Assembly (NCBI GenBank): GCA_958009085.1
Contig: OY253686.1
Span: 310,001-374,000 of the forward strand
Source of the DNA: Protoeuglena noctilucae
Taxonomy: Eukaryota
Direction: 5' to 3'
Length of the DNA: 64,000 nucleotides
The notes under the pieces were generated by a model. That model was not told where the DNA came from, did no database searches, and was given only the letters and a program-made list of their open reading frames with translations. This document shows, piece by piece, positions 11,301 through 24,012 of the stretch. The translations under genes were made by a program, and so were the position numbers. The stretch's first letter is position 1, and each line of letters begins with the position of its first letter.

Positions 11301-14300
11301 GCTGCATGCACACGCTGCTCTCGAGGAGCGAGGCGGTGCCGTCGACGCCCCAGGGGGCCAGGTCGCGGGGCACGGGGACCGGGTGGACGGACACGATGAC
11401 CGCCATGGTGGCGCCCACGCGCTGGGGCCACCACTGCAGGCGGACGGGGACCTGGGCGTGGCCCTTGGCCTCGAGCGTCACGATGTGGCTGTGGAAGCAC
11501 GGCACGTGCGGGGCCGGCTGGTCCCCCGTCATGATGGTCTGCTTGAGGAGGGGCAGGTGGAACTGCGGGGGACGCAGGGGTGGGGTGGGGTCAACATGGC
11601 GTGTGTGAGAGGGGGAGGTGGAAGTGCAGGGCTGCTTGGATGTCAGTAACACTCGATGAGTAGGTCTGCTTGCTTGTTGAGCAGGTCGCGGCGCTGCTGG
11701 GACAATATGCCGAGTGCACCCCAATCGCCGCTTTGACATGTCGAATGCACCCCAGTCATTGTGCATGCCAGCCCACCTGGGCGTAGGGGCTCGGGAGGAT
11801 CTTGTCCAGCGTGAAGCGCCGGTGGTCGAGGAGGCCCTCCTCGTTGCCCAAAATCTTCTGCGGTCATCACAGATGGGGAAGCCATGGGTCTGGAAGGACG
11901 CTGCGAGAGCATCATAGCAGCTCGCTCACTTCCATGCGAGGGGCCAGTCGCAGCAGCGCATCACACAGAGCTGTCCCAGCCACTCACCGCGAGGGGGTAG
12001 TTGGAGTACTGCATCTTGCCCTGGAGGTCGAACACCGCGATGCCGTCCACGGGGTGGGTCAGCTCCATCTCGACCTCCACCAGGCGGCCGTCGCCCAGGC
12101 CGACCAGGCGGACTGCGGGCGTTGCAGTGAGCAGGCGATGTGGCATGCGGACCAGGCTGGTGGGCTAAGAGGGTACCTCACCCCACGCCGCCTATTCGCA
12201 CGCAGACGCCCTCCCACCCCAGACGGCCACCCCACGCCCCCTATGCTTCACATGCATGAAATGCACAGTGCCCCCAAACACCCCTCACCCTTGCACTTGA
12301 CGCGCATGACCTCCCTGCCGTACTTGTGCTTCATGCGCCCCTGGAGCTCCACTGTGGCCCGGCCGCCCATGGCCGCGTCGACGTTCTCGTCGCCCCCGTC
12401 CATGCCCATCATGTCGGTCTGGTCCTCCTCCGCGTCGCTCGACCGCAGCGCCTCCACGGCCTCCATCAGCTGCTCCTCCCACTGCACGCCCGGCGCCGCG
12501 ATGAACTGGAACTGCTGGCCCTGGAGGGCCGCCGTGTTGAAGCCTGCGGGGGGTATGTACAACGTGGGTATATGTTTGTATATGTATACAGCACCATAGT
12601 TAATAGAAGACACATGTGAAGACGTGACAGCAGGCGTGACACAGTGCGAACGGGAGTGTGCGCGCAAGGGGCCTGCAATTCATGGCAGTCTCCCCCCGTC
12701 ACCTGTAACGGACGCAAAGGCCCGGTTGACGGCCACGAAGCTCCCGTCGCTTGTGAGCCACGTCAGCATGCGGCAGGCGGGGCCCGCTGTGGGTGCGAGA
12801 GGCGGGTGGCGTTGTTAGCAGCATGCGCAGACAATCGGAGGTGGCGGAAGCAGGCACACGGACCAACAAACATAGGACATATCCTCATGGGGATATCGGC
12901 GGCAAGCACAAGGCACAGATTTGCAATTCTCGCATCTCCGGTCCCCGCACTCACTCCCGTCGTCCTCCTCGATGGGGTGCATGACGCCCATGTAGAGCGC
13001 GGCCTCGTTGCCCTGGCTGATCTTGGTCACTTTCAGGTCCATCGGCAGCACCGTCTTGTCCTTGCGCAGCGCCAGCACCTTGGTCAGCCGGTTGAGCAGC
13101 ACGTGCTGCCCGCTCTTGGCGTTGCGCAGGTAGCCGTTGTGGCGCTGGGCAAAGGGCGGGGGCATGATCACCGACACGTTCAGGCCGTCCAGCTCCCCGG
13201 CCTTGTAGCCGAGCGTCTGGTTCAGCACTGCGCGGGAAACCCATCGATCGCATTCACTACACTGTTTTGCCGATACTGCAGCCTGCCACCCCATCGGCAC
13301 CGACCCGCGCCCACCCCTGCGTCATCCCCCGCCCCGCTCACGTTTGTTGGTCATCTGCACGATGCCCGCGTCGTTGATGACGATGACGGCGTCCGTCTGG
13401 TCATCTACCATCTCGCTCAGGTCGCCAGCCCCGTTGGCCACCGCGCTCGACAGCAGCTGGTCCCTCTTGCGCTCCTCCTGGAGGTCCTCAATCTTGTCCG
13501 CCTCGTTATACAGGCGCATGGCGCGCCAGGGGTCGCAGGCCACCTCCTCCCTGTGCGTGCATTGGGGTGGCACACAGGTTAAGCGTGAATGGATGGACGG
13601 ACGGTTGCAAACATGCATGCACGCATGAGCTCCTGTCAATTGCTCACATGAACCGCCCGTAGGACCGCAGGAGCTTGACGTTGTTGGGGTAGCGGTCGAC
13701 GAGCGTGCGGAAGAGGCGCACGGCGGCATGCTCGATCGTCGACATCTGCCGGGCCACGTCGGTGACGGCCTTGAAGGTGATGTCCTTGCGGAGGAGCAGG
13801 CGCCAGAACTTGGCCGTGACGCGCAGCGCCATGAGGTGGTTCGTCTCGGTGCCCTTCAGGGCCTGCTGGAACTCCAGGAAGCTCGCCGTGTCCATTGCGC
13901 CATCTGTGGGGCACGTGTCGGAAGCAGAAGGGGTTCGGAACGAGGTGGCGGGGGCCGGGCGAGTGCCGTGAATGCGTCAATGAGCCTGCTGGTAACAAAC
14001 ACCGTAGCAGGCACTGCGACAGGCACCGCAGCAGGCGCCCCCGCGTCTCCCACGCGCCCCGCCTCCTCACCAGCCCCGAGCCCGTGGTCCTGCACGGTGG
14101 CCTTGTGGTCCTTGTCGACCTTGAACATCATCATGCGCACGTTGAAGCCCGCGGGGATCTTGGCGGCCTTCAGGATCTGCGCCATTGCCGCCGAGAAGTC
14201 CTTGCGGACGATGCGGAGGAAGTTAGCGTACTGCAGGACCAGGAAGGCGCTGTCCGGGAAGGACTGCATGCCGTACTTGAAGATGATCTCGGCCAGCTGC

Positions 14301-16419
14301 TGCTTGCGGGGGTCGTAGTTGCCGTACTGGTCAGTGTCGCGGGCGATGCGGGTCGAGATCTGGGGCGGGGGCGGGGGGGTGTGAGGAGAGGGGTGGGCAT
14401 TGGGGCAGGGCAAGATGGGGCAGTTTCACAAGAAAGCCGCGGTGTCTGGGCAAGCGGGACATGGGAGGAGCAGATGCAGGGTTGGAGGGTGGGGGTTCGG
14501 CACGGTTTGGCAGGCAGCATCTCACCTCCACGAGCGTGGGCCGCGAGAGGTGCCGGAGCGCATCCTGGTCAAAGGCCCCGTCGATGCCGACGCCTTCCGC
14601 GTCCACGCTGCCCCAGGCGCGGTGGCGGCGCTGGGTCTGCGCGGAGGGCCGAGCGGGGAGGAGGTGAGGGGCTGCTGCCACGCCAGGCAGGCGAGTCGCA
14701 GGCAGTCGGCATCGAGGCAGGTTCTATGGTCAGTTTTATGAGATGGCCCGTGTCATACATGTTCGCGCTTGGTGACTCGCCCGACGGAGGAAGACGAGGT
14801 ATCCGACGGCAAAAAAGACAAAGATGCCGACGATGAGGGCCACGGTAAGGCCGGGGACGGGCGTCCGGACGAGGCCCATGATGAGGGTGATGAGGCCGGC
14901 CCAGGTGAGGGACGATAGGAGGCCCACGCACCCCGCGTTGACGTGGGTGTGGTAGTACCTCTGGTCCCGGAAAAAGTCAAAGATGGTCTTGGCGGCCAGG
15001 ATGGCCGTGACGCCGCCGACCATGTAGCCCTCGCGGCGCCAGATGACGATGCACGTGACCATCGCCGACACGGCCACGGTCCACCCCGTGGCGCCGTGGC
15101 TACTGCGAGAAGAGACGATGCGACCAGGTTGTTCGCCGTGACATGCGGCTGCCAGTGTGTGACTGTGGGGGCAGCTCGTCTCCAGTCCTGGTCATGCACC
15201 TGGGCGCCGCGAGGATGTTGGGCGAGATCATGCTGGGCTCGAAGTCCCCGATGCTGCTGCCCAGGGCGAGAAGCATGATGATTGGCAAGGCGACGTACGC
15301 GACGAGCGACGTGATCATGCCCGACCCTGCGAGACAAGAAAGGCCCACTGCGTCAGGGACTGTGTCGTACCCACACCAAGGGGGCCGCCGAGCGCGGGGA
15401 TGGGCCTGGCGTGTGCCCCTCAGCCTCACCGGCGTAGCATTCGTGGTCCCCGAAGATCTTGTTCCGGGCAGGGCGCTGCTCGGTGTGGGCGTGGATGACG
15501 TCGCACGCCAGGGGCGTGAAGAGCACGACGAGGGCCGGCACGTACAAAAGCTCGATGACGAGGGCACTGCGGGAGAGGAGAAGCGAGGAGCGCGCACTTC
15601 TCACTCTCGTCATCCGCGTGACATCGACGTGCGGGCCCGGGCGCGGCAGGGGTCGCACCGGAAAAAGATGGTCACGTTGACCACCACCTTCCACGGCTGG
15701 CGCTGCCGAGAGTGCGAGTACGCCACCAGGCCCACGCTGATGGCCGTGGCGAGGACGAGCGCGGCGACGGCGAAAAGGATGGCTTGGAAGATGCTGCGGG
15801 GGCGTGCAGGGAGGCGCTGAGTGCACAACGCGAGTGACGCCAGGGCATGCACGCAGCTCGGCGCTTGCTCCTCGCCTGTATCCGAGCTTGTACTCGACGT
15901 GGGTGATGTCCAGCCACGCGAGCCCTCCCATCCACGACCCCTCGAACGCCCAGTGGAACTGCGGCCAGGGGCGTGTGCTCGGTCAAGCATCGGCCCGCGC
16001 CGACTCGGCCGCGTCCCCTCCGGCGCCGCCATGCAGTCCGCACCTGGGGCCCGAGAAGGAGGCCAAGCAGGACGAGGTACGGAAAGACGAGCGCGACCAC
16101 GGCGTACTTCCAGCTGGCCGAGTAGCGCACGGAGTGGACCGAGTAGACCGTCTTGAAGACGACCGTCTGCCAGCCGCCGTCCTTCGTCAGCAAGTCGCTC
16201 ATGCCATCGTTCCTCGTAAACCCGACCTCGGCGGTGTTCTCGGTGACGGACGTGCCTGCGCGGGCGTTTTGCACGGGCACGCACTCGACCCCTCCCGGCG
16301 CATCCCTGGGATCGCGGGCTTGCGCGACACCCAGTCCACGCGGCCCATATGCAAGTAAGAAGCGAGCACGCACCGGAGTAGCTGTTCCCGCTGACGGAGG
16401 CCGCGCGAATGTCCTCCAT
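5349..16419 (-). CDS. TmcB/TmcC-like multi-pass membrane protein with TPR-like region and several PAS domains (about 33 exons)
   Basis: Starts MEDIRAASVSGNSYSG; N-terminal hydrophobic helices; YGMQSFPDSAFLVLQYANFL and LFRTLVDRYPNNVKLLRSYGRFMEEV...LYNEADKIE (TmcB-type helical region); PAS DAVIVINDAGIVQMTN...LGYKAGELDGLNVSVIMPPPFAQRHNGYL; further PAS-like repeats; C-terminal TM blocks; last exon LESRVD-TGA 5369-5349. All 32 inferred introns keep the frame. Confidence 0.8.
5461..5594. repeat. 57-bp tandem repeat (about 2.3 copies) spanning the last exon/intron junction of the TmcB-like gene
   Basis: Units begin at 5461, 5518 and 5575 (CCTTGATCTCCTCCCTCTTCACCCATCAACACACC...). Confidence 0.92.
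7416..7576. repeat. Degenerate 71-bp intronic tandem repeat (about 2.3 copies)
   Basis: TAAGA(C/G)(G/A)TGGCAGA at 7416, 7487 and 7558; CAGAGAGGGCGAAGTGGTGACAGGG at 7446 and 7517. Confidence 0.85.
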
Positions 16420-17182
16420 GCCAATGGGTTCCCAGGGATGCGCGCCGGGACTCGGCCAGTAGTATCAATCCTGCGGATATGACGACACCGCGCACGAGCT
16501 GAGGGCGCCGAAACTCAGGGAGAGATCGCGAGCGGGGTCGTAGCTCGGGGCGATGCCAAACGATCGCTCCCCGCGCGGACGACAGACAAGCGCGTCGGAA
16601 GCGGCCAAAGGATTTCCAGTATGACCGCTCTGGGCGACGAGGGCCGCTGTGGGGCTGGGAGCGGCTCCGTCGATCGGTGTCAACGGGACACCGGTTGGCG
16701 GGAGGCTACGCAGCCCCCCGAGGCCGGCCCACTGCTCGAGCGATAGCGACCGGTCAAATCCTTCCCAGCGCGCACTCGGGAGCCCCTCAGCGCGGCCCAC
16801 GCGCGCAGGGGCATGTGGCGCCCTTGCCGGGTCGACTGGCGACTCTGCCGGGCACGCCAGCCTCCCGAAGGCAACGAGCGTGATATCATGCATCGATAGC
16901 TACCACATGCGCCCCTTCAGGGGCCCGGAGATACCCAAGCGGCGTTGTCACGGAGTGGACGCACCTTGCGGGGGAGATGCTCTCCTGCGAGGGACGTACC
17001 ACTCGCACCGGGAAAATGTGGGGCAGCGGCGTTGCGCACAAGGGCAAGATCGGGCGCGCAACCTCAAATCGCCGGAATTCACGGGACGGCCAGTCGATAC
17101 AGTTTCACATCATTCGGCCACCAATCCCCCTGCCACGTCCACCCGGTCCATCCGAGAGTATTCAAACGGCGCTGGCCTCGAC

Positions 17183-20100
17183 TCAACCCACGTGACGTGC
17201 ACCATCGCCCTCGAACAGGGCATCTGCCTCCCGCGCCATCACGTGGTCGCCGATCATCTTGCAAATCACCCCGAGCACCCCGCACACGGCGTCCTTGTCC
17301 CACAGAGGTGCGTTCAGCACCCCGCGCCCCCGCCACGGCGCCCCCGCGTCGCCCCCGGTCTCCGACCCCCACGGCGTGCCCCGCCCCCGGAGGCCGGCGG
17401 AGGCGGCCCCGCCCCACGCCTGCGAGCCCGAGCCGCTGCCGCGGGGGCTCCAGGCTCTCCTCGGGCTGCCCTGCCGACTCGCATCCAGCGCACTGCGCGG
17501 GGAGGATGGGCCGCGGGCCCTGGCGACCGACGCCCGCGCCGGGGTGAGGGCGGGGATGGGAGCCGCGCCAGCGCCACCCGTGCCGTCGGCGCCCGGAGGG
17601 GCGAGGAAGGCCCGCGAGAGCACGGCCGCTATCAGCGGGAGCGCGGCGTGCTCGGCCAGGCGGTCGCGCAGCTCGGAGATTCGGAAACACTCACGGATCC
17701 GCATCTTGAGCATGCCGGGGGTCTGCCGCGACACGCCCTCCCACGTGTCGGGCGCGCGCAGCCGCGCTTCCGGCAGCGCCGCGAAGGGCCAGGCGTCGCG
17801 CGGGGCCAGGCCGGCGCACGAGGCCACCAGGTCGTCCGCGCTGCGGGGGCGGGTGAGTATGCGAGGGTTTGCATCCCCCTGACAATGATGCGCGGCTGCA
17901 GCGTGGCGAATCCTGCACACAACGACCCGGACACTAGGTCGGCACCTGAACTGGAACTTGCCCATCCTGCCGGCGTTGGTGATCCACTTGACCGTCACGA
18001 CGCTGTCGCCCGCGCTGGTGCTCACGCGCACGCGCCGCGCTCCCCCGGGGGACACCTGCTCATCTGGCATCGACGCGGCGGAGCCTGCATGCGACACACA
18101 CATGTCCCGTTGGATGTTCCAATTGCGCAGAAAGCATGTCACACTGGCGCCCCTGGCGCCACCCATGCATCACGCGCTCCTGCTCCTCACCGGGCGTCTC
18201 CATGTCTCGCGGCGTCCGTGCGGGCGACAGCGAGAAGGGCCCCGCGCCCACGCGGCCGAGCCCGCGGTCTATGGCGGGCGTGTTGGGCGACGCCCACGAC
18301 CCCCCGTCCCAGAGAGTAGTGCCCATGCCGCCCGACTCAACCGCTCGACTGGATGAAACCGACTGGAAGGCGCTGCCGGGCGTCGCCAGCGGGGGGTGAG
18401 AGTGGGACGACCGAGGCGACGCGAGCTCCACCGACATGTGTGGCACCTGGTACCGCCGGGGGTGGGATGCGACCATGTCGGCGACGCGTGCCGACAGGTC
18501 GTGGGGCGCCACGCTGGTGGCGGCCGCCGCCGGGCTCTCCCACGCGCTGTCCTCGTCCTCCGCGTCGGCGTCGGCGTCCGGGGCCGGGTGGGAGTCGAGC
18601 GGCGAGCGGCTCTTGGTCGCGCGCGGGTACGGCATGCTGCGGAACGACGGCGACGCGTCCAGCAGCGGGTGCGAGGCCAGAGGCCGCGTGCCGGGCGACG
18701 GCGGGCCAACGTCCTGGACCCCGCCACGGCGGCCCGCCTTGCGTGGCGACTGGCGCGCGGTGCTCGTCGCCCCATCGTCCGAATCTGCGTCGCTCGTCTC
18801 CTCCTCGGGCACACCCCGGCCCCACCGCCCGCCCTGGAGCTCGTAAACGACGTGCGCATGCAGGGAGCCCACGCGCTCGAGGGGAGCGTCTGTACCCACG
18901 GACGCATCGCGCATGGCCGGCGCCCCATTGGCCTCCGAGGACGCCATGCCCTGCCCGCTGCCCCGCACCATCTCCCGCTGCAACGCCATCCGCGCCTCCT
19001 TGGCGTCCCTCTCTGAAGCTGGGGCGATCCCGGCCCTGTCCATGTGCTCCCGCATCCTCGCCCGTCGCTCTCGCTCCCGGTCCCTCTCCCTCTCCGCGCC
19101 CCTGGGGCTGTCCGGAAGGCTCCCGGCCTCCGGCTCGTCATCGAGGGCGCGCGAGGTCAGAACCAGCGAGCTGTTGGGCGAAGGCACGCCACGTGCCCCT
19201 GGCGCCAATGTGGCAGGGACCCTCGGGGGAACCCCACGCCCATTGACGCCTCGGGATGCCGCGTCCGCAACGCCCCGGGCAGCGGAGGTTGCCCGAGTCG
19301 TCGGGGCTTCCACAGTGTCGCCTGCGATCGAGTCCACGCGCTCCAGCGCGTGCGAGCGAGGCGCCGCGAGCACCGGGCCCAGCAACGGCGGCACGTAGTC
19401 CAGCGGCCGAGTCCAGGAAGCGTCGGCAGAGGGACCGCGGCCGGCGCCGCGCGGGGTTATCGCGGGCCGCGCGGCGGCGAGCGAGTCCTGGCGCTCCAGC
19501 TGACTGGCGAGATCGCCGAGCATGCGGGACGGCGTCCGGTCGGGGGTGGGCCTCGGAGACGGCTCTGCGGCGCACGAGAGGCGCAGTTGTCGTGCCGTTT
19601 GCGTCCCTGCCAACATCGCGCAAGCCATGTCAGCCCCTCTGACCAGGACCCCCGGTGGGCCATCTCACCCCGGCTATCGGCTCCACGATGCAACTCCGCA
19701 ATTAGCGTGCCCATGCGCCGGGAGCTGCTGCGCAGGCGCTGCAGGTAGGCATCCACGTCGGCCTCGGACACTGCTGCAGACACTGCTGCAGAGGCCTCCG
19801 CGCTGGCAGAGGCCTCGGATCCTGCGCGCGACACTGCCGGCTGCCACGGCAAGGCCCGCGCCACTCCCCGTGGCGGGCGCCCCGATGCCTGGGACGCAGG
19901 GGAAGTGGGAGACCGCGGAGAGGCCGAGTCGGAGGGCGTCCCTGGCGCGAGCGTGCGATCCGTCCCCGCTGCGAGTAATTCCGCGGGAGCCCCAAGCGCT
20001 TTCCTCCCTCGCGCTCCGTCCTCGGCGTCGGAGGCGTTCAGGCTGCCGACGGCCTCATGGATACTCCCGAAAGCGGCGCGTGAGCCTCCCCCAAGCACCG

Positions 20101-20455
20101 GCGTGGGCGGGGCGGTCTCGGGCTGATCCGTCAGGAGTTGCTGGAGGGACTCGGCTGGGCTCGGCTCGTCCGATTCCGCGGCGTCGAGCGACGCCGGCTG
20201 CGCAGGGGGGGCCAGCATCTCAACGTGCAGGGAGTCCGCAGACAGCGTCGATTCGCACGCCACAGGGGCTGGCTGCGGCGAGAAAGGACCACTTTCTTCG
20301 CGACTGTGTCCGCAGGCGAAGCAACGCGCCCGCGCTGCCGCGATCGGGCCGGAAGTGCGCGGCGCTTGCCCCTGTGCTGCTCGCTGACACACCTTGCCAA
20401 TCGGTGCATCCGATGTGTGCACGGCATCCGTGCCGTTGCCGACGTCTGAAGCCAT
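17183..20455 (-). CDS. Hypothetical, largely disordered Ala/Ser/Pro-rich protein with a possibly folded C-terminal region
   Basis: ATG 20455 (MASDVG...); ORFs 19457-20485, 18060-19628 and 17183-18166 join in frame through three GT-AG introns; ends ...DALFEGDGARHVG-TGA. Confidence 0.6.
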
Positions 20456-20911
20456 CGTCGGCGCGAGAAGGCAGCGCCTGCTCAAAGTGCCCCAGCCCTT
20501 TCAAGCGCCCAGTGCATCCTGCAGCGTTCCTGGCGCCAAGGCGAGACGATTTTCCTGTCACGCCGGCAGCGCAAAGAGGACAGGGCACAAAACACGGTGG
20601 TGCGAGGAACGCCGCCCCCGTGGCGCAAATCGTGTTCCTGCCTCACCTTTGAGAGAGTGTAATGCCGTCCGCAGGGCCCCACCAAGCCCGGCCAAGCGCC
20701 GCCAACGAGCTATGTGCCTTCAATTTCAGTTGGCACCTCGCGCCTGGCTGCAGATAGCTCGGCAGCTCTCACACCACCACGCCAGAGGGCGCTGGAGAAT
20801 TGCCGTAGGGCCTTTCAACCTTTCAACGCGCCGCTGTGCCCCAACGCCCCCATCGACGACTGGCATGCTGGACGTGGCTTTCTCGGGACGCAGCTGCGTG
20901 TCGCCAGGCCC

Positions 20912-23271
20912 TCACGTCTCCTGGTGCTGCACGAGGGGCTCTTTGCTCGACAAGTCCAGCACGCGCCCAGTGATGCGCGTGTACATGTCGAGGACGTCGT
21001 CGACGGTCGTCTCGAAGTGCGACGTCGCGTCGTAACCCCGCGACACGAAGCACCGGTCCCGGCGACCGTCCTCCAGGGGCTCGTGCACGTCCACCACCTC
21101 CATGAAAACGTCATCCAGCGGCCCCAGCAGCTGCACGCCCGGCGCCACGTCCTGCAAGGGGCAGCAGGCCCCAATGACGCCCAGACCCACAGGGTTCCAC
21201 ACACCCGACGCGCTCTTCCGACCACCGCAGCGTGCACCGCTGTGGGTCTCCAGCAAAGAGGTGGTAGCCACCCAACAGCGCCTTTCGAGCGCGATACTCG
21301 CCTTGCTCGGGTCCGGGCTCTCCAGGGTGGTCGAGACCATGGCCACGAACTTGCCCGGGGGCGCGACGCGCATCTCGTTGCCCAGGGCGCTGATGTAGAT
21401 GTCGCTCCGGCGCCCCACCTGCTTCTGCGGCAGGATCACTTGGCAGGACGACGAGTTGTCGGTCTGGGGCACCGGGTGGGACATGATGCAGACGGCACGC
21501 ACCATCTGCGGGCAGCACGGAGTGCAAGACATGCCAGGTGTTGCGAGGTCGTCCATGTCTCCCACGCGAGGCCATCCCGGTTCACGCGGCCTCGTTGGGC
21601 CTCGTGCCGCACTCGTGGTGTCACACCTGGGAAGTGACGCGCGTCTTGCCCGGGAAGTAGCTCGGGTCCCCCACCACCAGCTTGGCCTTGACTTGCTTCT
21701 TCACCCCGTCGATTTCCAACTGCGACCGAAACCACGGGACCGCTTTGGCACGCCGCCCCAGAGCCTGACGGCGCCACGAGGGGCCGTCGCAGCGGCGGGG
21801 CAGCACCGCGGGCAGCGCAGCCGGGCACTCGCCTCGACGCCCGTGGCGACCCCGTTGTCGTCGAACAGCACCCGCGCGTCCTTCTGGTGGAGCATGTAGG
21901 TGCCACCGTACACGGCAGACAGCCTCGCAAACGCCTGGGGCAGCTCCGCCAGGCCGTACATGGGGTAGATGAAGGGGGACCGGAGGCCCTCGAAACGGAG
22001 CTGCAGGAAGGCAAGCGAAATCACCGCGTCTGCTCACATGGCTCGGCGCGAGCCACGCCCCTGCCGGCGTTTCTGTGGCCCATCGCGCCTGCCCACATCA
22101 GCCAGTGCTCACCAGGGAGTCGTGGTAAAGCTTGATCTTCTCGACCGTGGGCAGGGCCGGCGCCAAGAGGTACTGGTCGTCCCGGTGGAGGGCGATGGCG
22201 TGGCCGATGAAGTCCACCGTCGACTGATCGAGGCCGTATTTGGCATAGACCTGCGCCATGGGCACCTGCCGCAAGTCCATCCCCTGCCACGTCTCGGGGC
22301 GCTTCGAGTCGCAGTCCTGCGGGAAGCACGAGCCCTTGCGAACATTGCGAGGCAGGAACCCTGCGAGCTGCAGCAGCCCAATGTCGTCCGGGCCGCATAA
22401 GTAGAGCACCTGCACGTATTTGAAGAAGTCTCGTGCCCTGCGCTTCTCGAAGAAGCCGAAGGTGCCGAACAGCTGGCTCTTGAGTGCCTCCATGTCTGTG
22501 GCGGGGACCTTGTGGATGCGGTTGGCGCTGAGGACGTACGACCCGTCGACGGCCTTGAACTCCAGGTACTTGGTGACGTCTGCGTGTGTGCGTGCGGTGA
22601 ACCGCGTCGCTCCCCCGCAGCGCTGGCGCACATCACGTCCACGTCGCGCAGGGAGACGGACCCGAGGCTCCCTGCGCCGCTGCGCGGCCGCGCACGCCAC
22701 GCACCGGTGTGCACGAGGATGCGGACGAGGTTGCCGTGCGCCATGATGAACTTGGGGGCCAGGTCGATGTTGTAGTCGCGCACGCTGCCCAGCTGGGGGG
22801 GCGGCTGCGCGTCCGGGCCCTTGAACCTCTTGTACAGCTGCTCGAGGGACAGCGATGCGGAAGCGCCACCGTAGTAGCTGTTGCGGTCCAAGTGGAGCAC
22901 CTGCAGATCGCGGCGAGCGCTCGGGGCGTTGCACCACGACCGCTTGGCCCGTTGACCGCCTTCAGCCCCTCAAGAACCGAGTGCGCCGGGCCGATACGCC
23001 GGTAACGCGCGCGGACTGCCACCACTACTGCCAGTGAACGGATCTGCTGCAGCGAAGCGCGTGAAGGCGCCCCGGCGTGTGCACCCAACGCGACGCGCCT
23101 GCGAGGTCGTCCCGTTCGCGCCGCAAGCCAACCCCGCAGAGCCGAGCGTCAGCGCAACTCGTCGACTCCCTCCCCTATGCGCACCTTGTAGCGCTCCACA
23201 GACAAGATGCCGGACAGGATGCACTCCTTCAGCCCCGTGCCGAGGACCACCACGTCGTACTCGTCCTCCAT
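20912..23271 (-). CDS. GDI: Rab GDP-dissociation inhibitor
   Basis: [94 protein letters not shown]; 7 introns, two GC-AG. Confidence 0.97.
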
Positions 23272-24012
23272 GGCGACGCGCTGCACGAGGGACCTGCGGC
23301 TCCCGCTGTCTTTCCGGCAATCGGACGCGCTTCCTCTACCGGGCGATTCGGGTGAGGAGGGAGGGAAACAACTAGGGTGGCCCCAAGCCCAGACCCTGCG
23401 ACAGCCGTGTGCCAAATGCGCCTTCGCGTTGTCGTTCACTCACGACTTACTTGCCAGCCATGAGGGGGACGAAGACCGTTTCTGCGCACTGCCTCAGAGG
23501 CGGCACGTAACTCCTGCGCGAACTCCTGCGGGGGTATGCCTGTCGCGCTCGGCAACATCCGGCATCCCGCCCGCACCCTCTGTGTCTGTGGGAGGTGCTG
23601 CAGCTGCGCAAGTCGACTGCAATCAACGCGATCTTCGAAAGCAACTAGTGCTCATCTCAGCCGCGCAATCTCTGAGGTCCAGACTCCTCCGCGCTTGAGT
23701 TTGCGCACATCGCCTGCGTGAGGGTCCTGGGAGGGCGACAGGCAGATCTGGAAAGGCAGGGATCGGGAGGAACAGGGTGAGTGTATGTTTGGGGGAAGGA
23801 ACCGCGTGCCTGCACGGCCGATCGCGAGATTGCGTCGTGTGCGCGCATCCGATCTTCGCGGCGTCCCAACTCGACCAGCGTGATGCGACACTGCGATCGC
23901 CGCGCCCTCGCAGGCCCGGCGCGGTGGGGAGAGCCGCGACCTAGTCCCAGGCCTCGCGCCGCTGAGACCTGAGGCGTCTGGACAACCTAAAATTGCCAGG
24001 ACACACGCTCCG

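Noticed and set aside
16649..18319. 556-aa plus-strand ORF and other long antisense ORFs (e.g. 33652..35472, 19522..20652, 50225..51205)
   Set aside because: Shadow ORFs of real genes in high-GC DNA; Arg/Pro/Gly-rich with no motifs.
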